Part shown: piece by piece, positions 39,633 through 50,974 of the stretch
Layout of the letters: each line of letters begins with the position of its first letter
Numbering within the stretch: the stretch's first letter is position 1
Assembly: GCA_963843145.1 (NCBI GenBank)
Contig: CAWJJC010000027.1
Coordinates: forward strand, 128,001-192,000
Length of the DNA stretch: 64,000 nt
Direction: 5' to 3'
DNA from: an uncultured delta proteobacterium
Lineage (GTDB): Bacteria > Desulfobacterota > RBG-13-43-22
Position numbers and translations under genes: made by a program
The notes under the pieces: model-generated
Database searches by the model: none
Seen by the model: only the letters and a program-made list of their open reading frames with translations
Told to the model about the DNA's origin: nothing

Positions 39633-40158
39633 GATTTCTCTTCCTCCTTCTATTTGGAATTTTTATTCTTCTGCGGGTTTTCTGCCGGGAATCAACGGGA
39701 GTAATTTCAGGAACGACTTCACCCGAGAGCCGGACCCCTTCGGGTTTTTCGCTTTCCAACTTTCAAACAGGGGCGCGTGTTCTTCCGCCTTGTCTAGCCC
39801 TGCGTGACACCCCATCGGTTTTTATTTTATCAGAGCCCGTAATAAATGGCAAAAATTTTTTCGAGGATTATCCCGGATCGCTGGGCCTGACCAGAGGAAT
39901 CCCCTGGAACTGGAATATCCACCGAACCTTCTATTTGCATACTAACCCCTCGGATGACCGCCGGCCGAAAAAGTCGAACGACCCCCGGCTATTATGGTAC
40001 GCACAGGGATGAAAATTCGTCAAGAACTATGTTTTTCAAAAGGGGGGGCCGACCTGGCCCCCCTTGGCAAAACACTTGACGAAACGGCGGCCGGGCGTTT
40101 ACACTTAGCCGTTGTCTTGAAAGATCAAATCGAAAGGATTACGGCTTTTACCCGGACT

Positions 40159-42582
40159 ATGGCCACTCAGGATCTGGACTTTGAATTGGAAAAGACCATC
40201 GGGGAAAACCTGCAGGAGTTGACCATTCCCGAAATTCTTCCGCTGCTCCCGGTGCGGGATGTGGTGATTTTTTCCAATATGATCTTGCCGTTGATTGTTT
40301 CCCGGGAAGGGTCCATCCAGGCCGTGGAAAAGGCCCTGGTCCAGGACCGCCTGGTATTCCTGGTGGCCCAGAAAACCCAAACCCAGGAAGATCCGGAACC
40401 GGAAGACCTTTATGCCGTCGGCAGCGTAGCCTTGATCTTACGGATGATGAAACTCAACGATGGGCGGTTAAAGATTCTGGTTCAAGGTATTTCCCGGGCC
40501 GAGACCCTGGAGTTTATCGAGCAGCGCCCCTCCTTCCGGGTTCAGATCAAAGCCCTTCCCGACCTGGAAGTGACCCGGGAGCCGGTGGAAACCGAAGCCC
40601 TGATGCGCAATGTGCGGGAGCAAAGTGAAAAAATCCTCTCTCTCAAGGGTTTGCTCTCCCAGGATGTTATTGCCATATTGAACAGCGTGGAGGAGCCCGG
40701 CCTGCTGGCCGACCTGGTGGCCTCCAACCTGCGTCTAAAAATCGATGAATTCCAGCGGCTTCTGGAGTTGGTCGACCCTCTGGAGCGGCTGGAAAAGGTC
40801 TACGAGCACTTAGGCAAGGAATTGGAAGTTTCCACGGTCCAGGCCCGCATTCAATCCGAGGCCAAGGATGAAATGTCCAAAAGCCAGCGGGAATATTTTC
40901 TACGAGAACAAATGCAGGCCATTCGCCGGGAACTGGGGGAGTATGACGAACGCCAGCAGGAAGTAACCGAGTACCGGGCCAAGATCAAGAAACTGCACCT
41001 GTCTAAAGAAACCGAGGCCGAGGCCCTGAAACAATTGGCTCGGCTGGAGCAGATGCATTCCGAATCGGCCGAAATTTCCATCGTCCGCACCTACCTGGAC
41101 TGGATCGTCAGTCTGCCCTGGGATAAAAAGACTCGGGACAAAATCGATGTCCGTTCCGCCCAAAAAATATTGGATGAAGACCACTATGATCTGGAAAAGG
41201 TTAAAGACCGGATTCTGGAATATTTAAGCGTCCGGAAACTAAACCCCAAAATGAAGGGGCCCATCCTCTGCTTCGTGGGTCCGCCCGGGGTTGGGAAGAC
41301 GTCTCTGGGACGTTCCATCGCCCGAGCCCTGGGTCGAAAATTCATCCGTATTTCCCTGGGCGGAGTCCGGGACGAAGCCGAAATTCGAGGGCACCGCCGG
41401 ACGTATATCGGGGCCATGCCGGGACGCATTTTATACGGGTTGAAACAGGTAGGGGTGAACAACCCGGTTTTTATGATGGATGAAATTGATAAACTCGGGG
41501 CCGATTACCGGGGCAACCCGGCCGCCGCCCTGCTGGAAGTCCTGGATCCCGAACAAAACTTCGCCTTCAGCGATCATTACCTCAGCCTCCCTTTTGACTT
41601 GTCCTCGGTCATGTTCATTACCACGGCCAACATAACCGATCCGATCCCCTCGGCTTTGCGGGACCGGATGGAGATCATCGAGATTCCCGGCTATTCCGAT
41701 GACGAAAAACTTCATATCGCCCTTTCGTATCTCTGGCCGCGCCAGGTCCGGGAGCACGGTTTGAACCCGACACAGCCGACGATCCATAGCCAGTCCCTGC
41801 TGAAGATCATTAACGAGTACACGGAAGAAGCCGGACTTCGCAATCTGGAGAAAGAGCTGGGGGCCATTTGCCGGAAAATCGCCCGGAAGGTGGCCGAAGG
41901 GGAAACGAGTGCTTTCAAGGTCACTCCCAAGACGTTGCACCGCTATTTAGGCCCTCCCGTGTTTTTACCCGACGAGATCCGTAAGAATCATGAAGTGGGG
42001 GTAGCCACCGGCTTGGCTTGGACGCCCAGCGGGGGTGAAGTATTATACGTGGAAACGACGATCATGAAAGGCAAAGGCAATTTCCAGCTTACCGGACAAT
42101 TGGGAGAAGTGATGAAGGAATCGGCCCAGGCCGCCCTCAGTTATGCCCGCTCCCGCAGTCGTCAACTCCACTTGAACGAATCCGATTTCGACCTGCTGGA
42201 TATCCATATCCACGTTCCGGCCGGGGCCATTCCCAAGGACGGCCCGTCAGCCGGCATCACCCTGGCCGTCTCCCTGGTTTCCGCTTTGACCAAAATTCCG
42301 GTCAACAAAGATATCGCCATGACCGGTGAAATCACCTTGCGGGGAAAAGTGCTGCCGATCGGGGGTTTAAAGGAAAAAACCTTGGCCGCGATTCGGAACA
42401 AAATCAAAATCCTGATTATTCCCGAACAGAACCAGAAGGATTTGGCCGAGATTCCCCGGCCCATTCGACGCCGCCTGCAATTTGTTTTGGTCCGGAATAT
42501 GGACCAGGTCATCGAACAAGCCCTGATCAAAAAACCCGGCCCAAAAAAGAAAGCCGCGATTCGAAAGGGACCCCGGGCATGA
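40159..42582 (+). CDS. lon: ATP-dependent protease La
   Basis: LON N-domain, [28 protein letters not shown]. Confidence 0.97.
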   Translation: MATQDLDFELEKTIGENLQELTIPEILPLLPVRDVVIFSNMILPLIVSREGSIQAVEKALVQDRLVFLVAQKTQTQEDPEPEDLYAVGSVALILRMMKLNDGRLKILVQGISRAETLEFIEQRPSFRVQIKALPDLEVTREPVETEALMRNVREQSEKILSLKGLLSQDVIAILNSVEEPGLLADLVASNLRLKIDEFQRLLELVDPLERLEKVYEHLGKELEVSTVQARIQSEAKDEMSKSQREYFLREQMQAIRRELGEYDERQQEVTEYRAKIKKLHLSKETEAEALKQLARLEQMHSESAEISIVRTYLDWIVSLPWDKKTRDKIDVRSAQKILDEDHYDLEKVKDRILEYLSVRKLNPKMKGPILCFVGPPGVGKTSLGRSIARALGRKFIRISLGGVRDEAEIRGHRRTYIGAMPGRILYGLKQVGVNNPVFMMDEIDKLGADYRGNPAAALLEVLDPEQNFAFSDHYLSLPFDLSSVMFITTANITDPIPSALRDRMEIIEIPGYSDDEKLHIALSYLWPRQVREHGLNPTQPTIHSQSLLKIINEYTEEAGLRNLEKELGAICRKIARKVAEGETSAFKVTPKTLHRYLGPPVFLPDEIRKNHEVGVATGLAWTPSGGEVLYVETTIMKGKGNFQLTGQLGEVMKESAQAALSYARSRSRQLHLNESDFDLLDIHIHVPAGAIPKDGPSAGITLAVSLVSALTKIPVNKDIAMTGEITLRGKVLPIGGLKEKTLAAIRNKIKILIIPEQNQKDLAEIPRPIRRRLQFVLVRNMDQVIEQALIKKPGPKKKAAIRKGPRA

Positions 42583-43779
42583 AAATCGCCTACCTGGATT
42601 GCTTCTCCGGCATCAGCGGCGACATGGTCCTGGGGGCCTGGCTGGACCTGGGATTGCCGGCCCCCCTGTTGCGTCGGACGCTTAAAAAGCCTGGCCCTGC
42701 CCCCCTTCCGGCTCCTGATTCGTCGTGAGGAACGGGGCGGGATTTCCGGCTTCCGGGTCCTGATCCAGGAAGGGAAAAAGTCTCCCCCTCACCGTTCCTA
42801 TCGAGACCTGCGAAAACTGATTGACCAGAGTCCCCTGCCCCCGGAAATCAAACTGCCGGCCCTAAAGGTCCTGCGCCATCTGGCCCTGGTGGAGGGTCGA
42901 ATCCATGGGCGGGAAGTGGAGGACGTTCATTTTCATGAAATTGGGGCCTTGGACACGATCATCGACGCCATCGGGGCGGCCCTGGGGTTCCATCATTTTC
43001 AAGTGAATTCAGTCTGGGCCTCGCCGCTGCCCGCAGGACGGGGATGGGTCCAAAGTCAGCATGGTCCCCTGCCTCTTCCGGCTCCGGCCACCTTGGCCCT
43101 CCTGGAAGGGGCGGCCTTGGTCCCCTCCGGCCTGGAAAAAGAGCTGGTCACCCCTACCGGTGCGGCCATCGTCAAAACCTGGGTCCGGCACTTCGGTCCC
43201 CCGCCCGCCTGCACATTAACGAAAGCGGGCTACGGCTTGGGCCGGGAGGAACTTTCGGACCGTCCTAATGCCTTGCGGATCTGGTTGGGCGAGGGAAACC
43301 GCCCCGGGGATCAGGAAAAGGTAACGGTTCTCGAAACCAACATCGACGACATGAACCCTCAGTGGTATGACTATTTGTTCGACCGTCTCTTCCAAGCCGG
43401 AGCCCTGGATTGCCTGTTGCTCCCCTGCCAAATGAAAAAAAACCGTCCCGGGGCACTGGTCCAGGTCCTCTGCCGACCGGCCGACCGGGAGTTGCTCACG
43501 GGAATACTGCTGGCTGAAACCACCACGCTGGGCGTCCGCTATCATGAGGCGGAACGAGAAATCCTCTCCAGGAAAACAGAACGATTGCCTACACCTTGGG
43601 GAACCATCGGACTGAAATGGGTCAAGCGGCCCGGCCTCGCCAGTCGCCCGGCCGCGGATTTTACCATCGAGTACGATGACCTGAAAAGCCTGGCGGCCCG
43701 GGAACATAAATCTTTGAAAGAAATGGAAACCCTTTTGCGCTCCTTCTGTGCCCGCCACAAATCCGCTTGCACCCCGTAG
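42579..43779 (+). CDS. larC: Nickel pincer cofactor biosynthesis protein LarC (frameshift near 42690)
   Basis: [16 protein letters not shown]; [53 protein letters not shown]. Confidence 0.9.
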
Positions 43780-43854
43780 CCGCTTTTGTTAGAATAATGA
43801 TTCCCCCCGAAGCGCCGGTCTCCGGGGGAACTTATTTTGAAAGGGAGTTTTTTT

Positions 43855-44325
43855 ATGGACCGTACGCCTATTACCAAGGAGGGATTGGAACGTTTGCGGG
43901 AGGAATTGCGCCGATTGGAAACCGAAGGACGTCCCTCCGTGATCAAAGCCATTGCCGAAGCCCGAGCCCACGGGGACCTCTCGGAGAATGCCGAATACCA
44001 TGCCGCCAAAGAGCGGCAGGGCTTTATCGAAGGACGAATCGCCGAACTGCACTCAAAAATTGCCACTTCCGAAGTGATCGATTGTTCCAACCTGCCGAGC
44101 GACCGGGTGATCTTCGGCTGTACCGTTCATATCAACGACCTGGATACCGGGGAAGAGCTGAAATTGCGCTTAGTCGGTCCGGATGAATCCAACGCCGACC
44201 AGGGCGAAATTTCGGTTATCTCCCCTATGGGCCGGGCCTTGATCGGCAAGGAACCCGGGGACGAAATCCAGGTCAAGACCCCGGGGGGGGTGCGACAAAT
44301 GGAAATTTTAGATATCCTCGGCTGA
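43855..44325 (+). CDS. greA: Transcription elongation factor GreA
   Basis: ARAHGDLSENAEYHAAK, ISVISPMGRALIGK. Confidence 0.96.
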   Translation: MDRTPITKEGLERLREELRRLETEGRPSVIKAIAEARAHGDLSENAEYHAAKERQGFIEGRIAELHSKIATSEVIDCSNLPSDRVIFGCTVHINDLDTGEELKLRLVGPDESNADQGEISVISPMGRALIGKEPGDEIQVKTPGGVRQMEILDILG

Positions 44326-44426
44326 TCGGCGGCCCCCCTGCTCGAATTTTTCCAGATTCCCCCTTGGACTCCCATAAACGCTAAATTATTTTTGCGCTGT
44401 ATGGACTTTGAAAGGCGTAAAAAAAA

Positions 44427-44636
44427 ATGAACATCGAACATCGAACGTCCAACATCGAATGTTCAATGGAAAAAGATGAAGAAACAGGCCTATGCTCTGG
44501 AAGAAAGGTTGCTCGAATATTCGGTCAGAATCATAAAATTCGTTGGGCGGCTCCCCAATACCTGGACAATCAGCCATGTTGGATGCTTGTTTTTCATTCG
44601 ATGTTGAACGTTCGATGTTCGATGTTCGGCGTTCAT
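44427..44636 (+). mobile_element. MITE-like element: (AACATCG)n inverted arms enclosing a four-helix-bundle gene remnant
   Basis: Arms 44427-44461 and 44595-44636 are reverse complements; inner frame from 44476 MKKQAYALEERLLEYSVRIIKFVGRLPNT; mobility is inferred. Confidence 0.6.
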
Positions 44637-44667
44637 TCTTTACAACACCCTGGTCGGTAATCCCCGC

Positions 44668-45267
44668 GTGATGTCTTCATTGCTGAATTGGGACATTATC
44701 TTCTTTACCCGGATCAACCAGGGGCAGCAAAATGCCTTTTTTGACCGGGTGATGCCCTATATCACCGAATTTGATCACTGGAAATTCTGGTTTTTAGGCG
44801 CCTGGCTGATCTGGTTCGTCTGGGGAAGCAAGAAGACCCGGATCACCCTGGTCCTGCTGGTCCTGCTGGTGGGCCTCCTGGATTACAGCAACAGCTTTTT
44901 TTTCAAACCCCTCTTTGCCCGGTTGCGCCCCTGCAATGCCCTGTCGGAGGTCCGTATTTTTTGGCCCTGTCCGCGATCCTTTTCTTTCCCTTCCAATCAT
45001 GCCGCTAATGTCTTCGGGGGGGTTTTCTTCTTATCCTATATTTACCGCCGCTGGGCACCCGGATTAATTTTCATCGCCCTGCTGGTAGGGTACTCTCGCA
45101 TCTATGTGGGGGAACATTTTCCGTTGGATGTGGTCGGCGGGGCGGTTCTGGGCGCCGTCGGGGCCGGGGGGATGCTCTTCTTCCGTTTTCAGGTCTTGCG
45201 CTGGTGGAAAACCGAAGCGCTTTCAGCGGGAAAAACCGACCGGCCTATTGATCCCCGAAAGGGTTAG
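44668..45267 (+). CDS. PAP2-family phosphatase (undecaprenyl-PP phosphatase-like)
   Basis: K..FAR.RP, SFPSNHA, SRIYVGEHFPLDV. Confidence 0.92.
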   Translation: MMSSLLNWDIIFFTRINQGQQNAFFDRVMPYITEFDHWKFWFLGAWLIWFVWGSKKTRITLVLLVLLVGLLDYSNSFFFKPLFARLRPCNALSEVRIFWPCPRSFSFPSNHAANVFGGVFFLSYIYRRWAPGLIFIALLVGYSRIYVGEHFPLDVVGGAVLGAVGAGGMLFFRFQVLRWWKTEALSAGKTDRPIDPRKG

Positions 45268-45703
45268 GTTCTCGCGGGATCGGACTTTTCCCGACGGTGG
45301 TATCTTTCGCCAGGTCTTTCTTCGCCTCGCTGGTTTTGGCTTTTCCCGGCAGGTTATGGATTTGGCGCAGCAGACCGTCCAGATCCTCCTTCTGCCGGGC
45401 ATAAAGATCCTTGACCGTATATTCCAGGTAGGCAATCCGGTTTTCGAAAGTCTTCATTTTGGTCGCGAAAAGCTGATTCAGAATCCGGGCGGCCACCAAA
45501 ACCCCCAGCAACAAAAAGATCAAGAGGATGGCATTCAAGAGGGGATAATTAATCACCAGCCTCCCCCGGTAAGGAGGAGGCGACCCGGAAAGCCCCTGTC
45601 CCCAAACGCAACCCACATCCAGCGTCGAAGCCGCAAGAACCAGACAGCCGGCGGCGCCTCCCAGCAACCCCAGGGTCAGACCACTTTTTATGAAGGGTCC
45701 CAT
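45245..45703 (-). CDS. Hypothetical membrane protein
   Basis: RBS GGAGGG; two hydrophobic segments plus coiled-coil-like tail. Confidence 0.55.
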   Translation of the reverse strand: MGPFIKSGLTLGLLGGAAGCLVLAASTLDVGCVWGQGLSGSPPPYRGRLVINYPLLNAILLIFLLLGVLVAARILNQLFATKMKTFENRIAYLEYTVKDLYARQKEDLDGLLRQIHNLPGKAKTSEAKKDLAKDTTVGKSPIPREPNPFGDQ

Positions 45704-45738
45704 GGTTTTTCCCTCCGATCTATTTTGGTCACCTACTC

Positions 45739-45869
45739 CATCGACAGTTGAACGTCCAACATCGAATGAAATACAAACCGCCATGGCCGAACAGGAAATA
45801 CCTAATTTCTGTTTCTTCATCTTTTCCCATTGAACATTCGATGTTGGAGGTTCGATGTTCAATGTTCAT
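45739..45869 (-). mobile_element. Second, internally deleted copy of the (AACATCG)n element
   Basis: Minus strand ATGAACATTGAACATCGAACCTCCAACATCGAATGTTCAATGGGAAAAGATGAAGAAACAG matches 44427-44487. Confidence 0.6.
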
Positions 45870-45881
45870 CTTTGAGATTGG

Positions 45882-47546
45882 TTAAGTTTTGGTCTTCCCC
45901 TTTTCCAGTCGGCGTTTCTCCTCGTCTCGAATTTCGCGGCGCAGGAGTTTGCCCACCTTGGATTTGGGCAGCATATCCCGAAACTCGATGTACTGGGGTA
46001 TCTTGTAGGCGGCCAGTCGTTCCCGGCACCATTTGATCAATTCGGCACCGCCCACGCCTTTGGCGTCGCTTTTCAGGACCACGATGGCCTTAATACGTTC
46101 GCCGACCTTAGGGTCGGGGATCCCGACGGCGCAGGCACCGATGACCGTGGGGTGATCCTGCAAAACGGCCTCGATTTCCGAGGCGGAAACCCGATAGCCT
46201 TTAAATTTGATGATATCCGCCAATCGTTCCACATAGACCAGATCGCCCTGTTCAGTCCTTCGGACAAAATCACCCATCCGGTAATACTGCTTCCCGTTCA
46301 GGGGAATATAAGCCTTGGCCGTTTCCTCCGGCTTGTTCCAGTACTGCTTGAGGGTGAAATCGGAGGTCACCAGCAATTCCCCCACCTCCCCGGTCGGGAC
46401 CGGCGCCAGGGTTTCCGGGTCCACCACCAAACATTGCCGGGACTGGAGGGGGGTCCCGATCGACTGGGGATCCGGTTCGTGGTCCAGTCGGCTGTAGGTG
46501 ATATGGCCGACCTCGGTGGAACCATACACCTGGTAAATGGGTTGCCCGACGGTCTCTTTCCAGCGATGAGAGACTTCCAGGGGCAACATATCGCCGCCGC
46601 AATAGCAGTATTTTAAACTCCGCAGATCGTAACGCCCCAGGCGGTCGTTTTCCAGGATCATTCGGTAAAGCGTAGGCACTCCCAAAAACCAGCGAACTTG
46701 GAACCGCCGGATATCTTCCAGAATGGCGTCCACTTGGGGTACGGGCATCAGGATGGTGGTATTGCCCTGATTCAACCCCACGGCCATAAAGAACCCCAGG
46801 GCCATAATATGGAAAAGAGGGTTGACGGCAATATAAGTATCCCCGCCTTCCCGAACGTGGCCCTGAACCACGTCCTCCATGATATCCTGAATGTAGGAGG
46901 TCATGCCCTGGTGGTTTCCCGGCACTCCTTTGGGAAAGCCGGTCGTTCCGCCGGTATATAAAATATACGACAAATCGTGACGGGGATCAATTTTTACGGA
47001 GAGGGGAGCGGTGGAAATCTTCAGCAAATCCTTAAACGAATGGATCAGGCCGCCCCGTTCGACCTTGCCTCCGGGAATCTTATCGAAGAGGGTGCCGATG
47101 ACCCGCTTCCAGACCGGCAGGAGGTCCGCCAGGTTGGTGACGATCACCCGTTTCAGGGGCGACTTCGGCAGAATTTCCTTCACATAGCCAAAATTGGTAT
47201 CATGGCAGATGATGGTTTCGGCCCCGGCGTCCCGGATCATATATTCGATCTCATGAGAGGTATAAATGGGGGAAACCGGCATGACCACCGCCCCGATCTT
47301 TTGGATCCCCAAGAAGGCCACCACCCACTGGATGCAATTGGAAATATAAATAACCACTCGATCCCCCTGTTTCACACCCAGGTGGGATAATCCGGCGGCA
47401 AAACGGTTCGCCAGTTCATTCAGTTTCAGGTAGGAGAATTTTTCCCCTAAAAAAACCACGGCCGTGTTCCGGGGGTATTTTTCGGCCATGCGTTCAAATT
47501 GGGCAATAACGGGTTCTTCCAAATAAGGTCGGGAGGCCATGGTCAA
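45882..47546 (-). CDS. Acyl-CoA ligase (long-chain fatty acid/aromatic acid)
   Basis: YTGGTTGFPKG, YGSTE, YRMGD, PKSKVGKLLRR. Confidence 0.93.
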   Translation of the reverse strand: MTMASRPYLEEPVIAQFERMAEKYPRNTAVVFLGEKFSYLKLNELANRFAAGLSHLGVKQGDRVVIYISNCIQWVVAFLGIQKIGAVVMPVSPIYTSHEIEYMIRDAGAETIICHDTNFGYVKEILPKSPLKRVIVTNLADLLPVWKRVIGTLFDKIPGGKVERGGLIHSFKDLLKISTAPLSVKIDPRHDLSYILYTGGTTGFPKGVPGNHQGMTSYIQDIMEDVVQGHVREGGDTYIAVNPLFHIMALGFFMAVGLNQGNTTILMPVPQVDAILEDIRRFQVRWFLGVPTLYRMILENDRLGRYDLRSLKYCYCGGDMLPLEVSHRWKETVGQPIYQVYGSTEVGHITYSRLDHEPDPQSIGTPLQSRQCLVVDPETLAPVPTGEVGELLVTSDFTLKQYWNKPEETAKAYIPLNGKQYYRMGDFVRRTEQGDLVYVERLADIIKFKGYRVSASEIEAVLQDHPTVIGACAVGIPDPKVGERIKAIVVLKSDAKGVGGAELIKWCRERLAAYKIPQYIEFRDMLPKSKVGKLLRREIRDEEKRRLEKGKTKT

Positions 47547-48289
47547 ACTCCGAAATAGGCCGAGCGCACATCGGGGTTGTCCATAAGTTCCTGACGACTG
47601 CCTTCCATTACGGCCGCTCCGTTTTCCAAAATATAGGCGTGGTCGATGATCGGCAAAAGCGGTCGGGCATACTGTTCAGCCACGATAATGGCGATCCCCC
47701 TTTCCTTTCGGATCTCCCGGATCGATCGGACCAGCATGGCTTGAACCAGCGGACTCAGTCCCATAAGCGGCTCATCGAGCAAGAGGATTTTGGGTTGGGC
47801 CATGAGCGCCCGGCCGATAGCCAGCATCTGCTGCTCACCGCCGCTCAGGAAGCCGCCTTCCCGATTCTTCAAAGGAATCAGGGCCGGGAAAATCTTAAAA
47901 ACGTAGTCCAGGGTTTCCTTTTTTTGTCGGCGGGAGGCCAGGTAGCCGCCTATGGCTAAATTTTCCAAGACGGTGCTTTCCGGGAAGATTCGGCGCCGTT
48001 CAGGGCAGAGGATGATCCCCAAACGGGCCCGGCTGCTGGGTTTGAGGCCCATCAGGTCCTGCCCCTCAAGGGACACCTGTCCCAATACGGTGATCCGCTC
48101 GCCGCCGGCCATCTCCTCTTTTCGCTTGATGTCCAGAATGATCCCGGAAATCACGTACATCAAAGTGGATTTTCCGGCGCTGTTGGCCCCGAAAATACCG
48201 ACGATCTGGTCACGACCGCAACGCAAACCCACGTTGTTCAGGGCCAGCATGTTTTCATAAAAAACCATTAACTCCCGGGCTTCAAACAT
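47543..48289 (-). CDS. LivF-like ABC ATP-binding protein
   Basis: GANSAGKS, LSGGEQQM, LDEP. Confidence 0.9.
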   Translation of the reverse strand: MFEARELMVFYENMLALNNVGLRCGRDQIVGIFGANSAGKSTLMYVISGIILDIKRKEEMAGGERITVLGQVSLEGQDLMGLKPSSRARLGIILCPERRRIFPESTVLENLAIGGYLASRRQKKETLDYVFKIFPALIPLKNREGGFLSGGEQQMLAIGRALMAQPKILLLDEPLMGLSPLVQAMLVRSIREIRKERGIAIIVAEQYARPLLPIIDHAYILENGAAVMEGSRQELMDNPDVRSAYFGV

Positions 48290-49073
48290 AATCGGACAGG
48301 TCCTCCGAACCGAGATAGGCCTCCTTCACTTTTTCATCGGCCATCACGACCTCCGGCAGGCCTTCACACAATTTCTGGCCGAAATTCAAGACCATGACCC
48401 GGTTGGCCACCCGAAAAAGCTCCTTTAAGCGGTGTTCGATCATGATCAGGGTGATTCCCTCCATCTGCAGGCGTTCCAGCAAAGGGATCATACTGGCGAT
48501 CTCGCTCATGCTTAGACCGGAAAAGACTTCATCGCAGAGGATCAATTCCGGCCGCAGGGCCAGGCAGCGGGCCAGTTCCATCCGTTTTAAATACCCGGTC
48601 GGCAGAGTCGAAGCCATTTTATAGGGAACTTGGGAGTCGCGTTCGAAACCGATCTCCTCCAGAATATCAATCGCCACCGTGTCGCGGTCCCCCAGTTTCC
48701 CTCCACCCCGCCAGCCGCCGGTGCGCCGGGCCCGGGGTGAGAACAGGGGAATGATCAAATTTTTATAGGCCGGCAGGCTGTAATAGGGCCGCATGATCTG
48801 AAAGGTCCGGGTAACTCCCAGGTCGGCGATTTTATGGGGTGGGCGGTTGGTAATGTCCTGTCCTTTGAACAGGACGTGGCCGGAGTTGACCCGAACAAAG
48901 CCGGTGATGCTGTTGACCAGGGTGGTTTTACCCGAGCCGTTCGGTCCGATGATGCCGAAGATGTCCCCGGGAAAAATCTCGAAGCTGACACCGGCCAGGG
49001 CCTGAATACCCCCGAAGGATTTGCTGATATCCCTGACGGCCAACAAGGGTTCAGAATTCATACTTTGATCCAT
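48282..49073 (-). CDS. LivG-like ABC ATP-binding protein
   Basis: FGGIQAL, GPNGSGKTT, TRTFQ, EAYLG. Confidence 0.9.
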   Translation of the reverse strand: MDQSMNSEPLLAVRDISKSFGGIQALAGVSFEIFPGDIFGIIGPNGSGKTTLVNSITGFVRVNSGHVLFKGQDITNRPPHKIADLGVTRTFQIMRPYYSLPAYKNLIIPLFSPRARRTGGWRGGGKLGDRDTVAIDILEEIGFERDSQVPYKMASTLPTGYLKRMELARCLALRPELILCDEVFSGLSMSEIASMIPLLERLQMEGITLIMIEHRLKELFRVANRVMVLNFGQKLCEGLPEVVMADEKVKEAYLGSEDLSDYV

Positions 49074-50071
49074 TTTTCAAACTGGTGGTATTTCCGCTGG
49101 CCGTAGACCATGAGCCCCTCGCTGCGAAAGACGATAAAGGCCATCAGGATCAGGGAATAGAAGACGATGCGTAAGGTACCGAAGGCCCGCAGCAGTTCAG
49201 AGACGGGGACCAAAATTAAACTCCCCAGCACGGGGCCGACCAGGGTGCCGCCCCCCCCGATGACGGTGGCGGCGATGGGGATGATGGAGAAATCCAAAGC
49301 CAGGGTGGAGATGCCGGCCCACATGTAGATATGGACCAGATAGGCCCCGGCCAGGCAGGCCAATCCGGAGGAGATGAAGACGGCCAGGGTCTTATAAAAA
49401 GTGATGCTTATCCCGGAGGCCTTGACGGCCTGATCGTTGTCCTTGACGGCCCGGAAGACCAGGCCGATATCCATGTTGACGAAGCGGCGCAGCCCGAACA
49501 AGGCCAGCAGGATAATCACGATCAGGGAATATTGTTCCACCCAGCGGTTGGGAAAACTGGCGACGCCCAGGATCCCCTCCGTGCCTCCGAAGATATTCAG
49601 GGCCTCGATGATGCGGGCCGCCAACAAAGGATACATCAGGGTCACGATGGAGAAGTAAACCCCCCGGAGCGGCAGGCAGGGCATAATCGCCAGGGTGCAG
49701 AACACGGCCCCGCCGATGGTGGCCAGAGGGATGGAAAAGATCGGGGAAAGCCCGAAGTGGGTGTTCAACAGGGCCGCCAGATAGCCCCCGACCCCCACGA
49801 AAAAAGCCCCGCCCAAAGAAACCAGGCCGACAAAATGGGTCAGGAAATCAAAGCTCAGGGCCAGCAGGGCATAAATGGCGACAATGGAGATCACTCGCTG
49901 CCAGTAGAGGTTGGTAATGACCAGGGGCAGAAGCAGGAGCCCGACAATCAATACGAATCGGGGGATGACCAGGTAAGTGATCTCCTTCCAACCGGTAATG
50001 GCATAGATGCCGCTGGTGCGGACCTTGATTCCCCGATCCAGACGTTCCCGGCGGACAGAGGCGGAAGCCAC
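49058..50071 (-). CDS. LivM-like ABC permease
   Basis: GLVSLGGAFF.G.GGY, LRGVYFSIVTL, IGGGGTL.GP. Confidence 0.9.
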   Translation of the reverse strand: MASASVRRERLDRGIKVRTSGIYAITGWKEITYLVIPRFVLIVGLLLLPLVITNLYWQRVISIVAIYALLALSFDFLTHFVGLVSLGGAFFVGVGGYLAALLNTHFGLSPIFSIPLATIGGAVFCTLAIMPCLPLRGVYFSIVTLMYPLLAARIIEALNIFGGTEGILGVASFPNRWVEQYSLIVIILLALFGLRRFVNMDIGLVFRAVKDNDQAVKASGISITFYKTLAVFISSGLACLAGAYLVHIYMWAGISTLALDFSIIPIAATVIGGGGTLVGPVLGSLILVPVSELLRAFGTLRIVFYSLILMAFIVFRSEGLMVYGQRKYHQFEKWIKV

Positions 50072-50073
50072 GC

Positions 50074-50940
50074 TTAGACCCTCTCTTCCAATTCTTTTTG
50101 GCGGCCGAAAAGACCGGAAGGTTTAAGGATCAAGGTGACGATGATGGCCAGCAGGGCTACCACAATCCGAAAATGAGGCTCCAGATAAACCACGGTTAAC
50201 GTTTGGGCAAAACCGATGACAAAAGACGCCAGCACGGCCCCCACCCAACTACCCAGTCCGCCGACGATGCAAACGGCGATAGCCATAATCAGCACATTGT
50301 AGCCGGCTTCCACCACAATGTTCCCCAAGGGCAATAGGGCGATGGCCGCCAGACCGGCCAACATGGAACCTAAACTCATGGCCACCACCGCCATGCGGTC
50401 CGAGTCGATGCCCAGCATCATGGCCGCCCGTTCATCCTGGGCCATCCCCCGCAGGGCCAGGCCGATGCGGTTGAAATGGGTAAAGAGCCAAAGCAGGATC
50501 ATGACCAAGACCCCGATTACGACCACCAGGATCCGCTGATAATCGACCAGCACCCCGCCCACCTCCCAGCTTCCCTCGATAAAGACCGGCAACGTATAGG
50601 TCAGGCCCTTGAAGCCCCCCCAGCGCAGGCCCTCCAAAATCGCCAACCCGATGGCGTAGGAGGCGATAATCTCCGAAGTGGCCATGCCCCGGATGCGGAT
50701 CAGGATAAAATAATAGATGGCCGCCCCGATCAGTCCGATGGCCAGTAAGGCCAGGGGAATGGCCCAGAGGTAGGGCAGACCCAGGGTGCGCATCAGGCTC
50801 CAGACAATGAACCCGGTGACCACATAGAGGGCCCCATGGGCAAAATTGGGGAGACCGCTGATCCCATAGACCAAAGTAAACCCCAGGGCCATCAAGGCCA
50901 GGGAAACGCTGTTGACTGTGCCGTAGATGAGGATTTCCAT
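50074..50940 (-). CDS. LivH-like ABC permease
   Basis: ALGFTLVYG....NFAHG, GLALRGMAQD, VGGLGS. Confidence 0.9.
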   Translation of the reverse strand: MEILIYGTVNSVSLALMALGFTLVYGISGLPNFAHGALYVVTGFIVWSLMRTLGLPYLWAIPLALLAIGLIGAAIYYFILIRIRGMATSEIIASYAIGLAILEGLRWGGFKGLTYTLPVFIEGSWEVGGVLVDYQRILVVVIGVLVMILLWLFTHFNRIGLALRGMAQDERAAMMLGIDSDRMAVVAMSLGSMLAGLAAIALLPLGNIVVEAGYNVLIMAIAVCIVGGLGSWVGAVLASFVIGFAQTLTVVYLEPHFRIVVALLAIIVTLILKPSGLFGRQKELEERV

Positions 50941-50974
50941 AATTTCAATTACCGCTATACGCCCGGGGAATGTT

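Noticed and set aside
39640-40158. ncRNA/riboswitch in the SBP-lon divergent gap, and tRNA/rRNA anywhere in the window
   Set aside because: No recognisable conserved motif; an Rfam scan would be needed
44427-44660. ORFs MNIEHRTSNIE.., MNIEPPTSNVQ.., KFEIRNTKSETNSN..
   Set aside because: Translations of periodic repeat arms, not proteins
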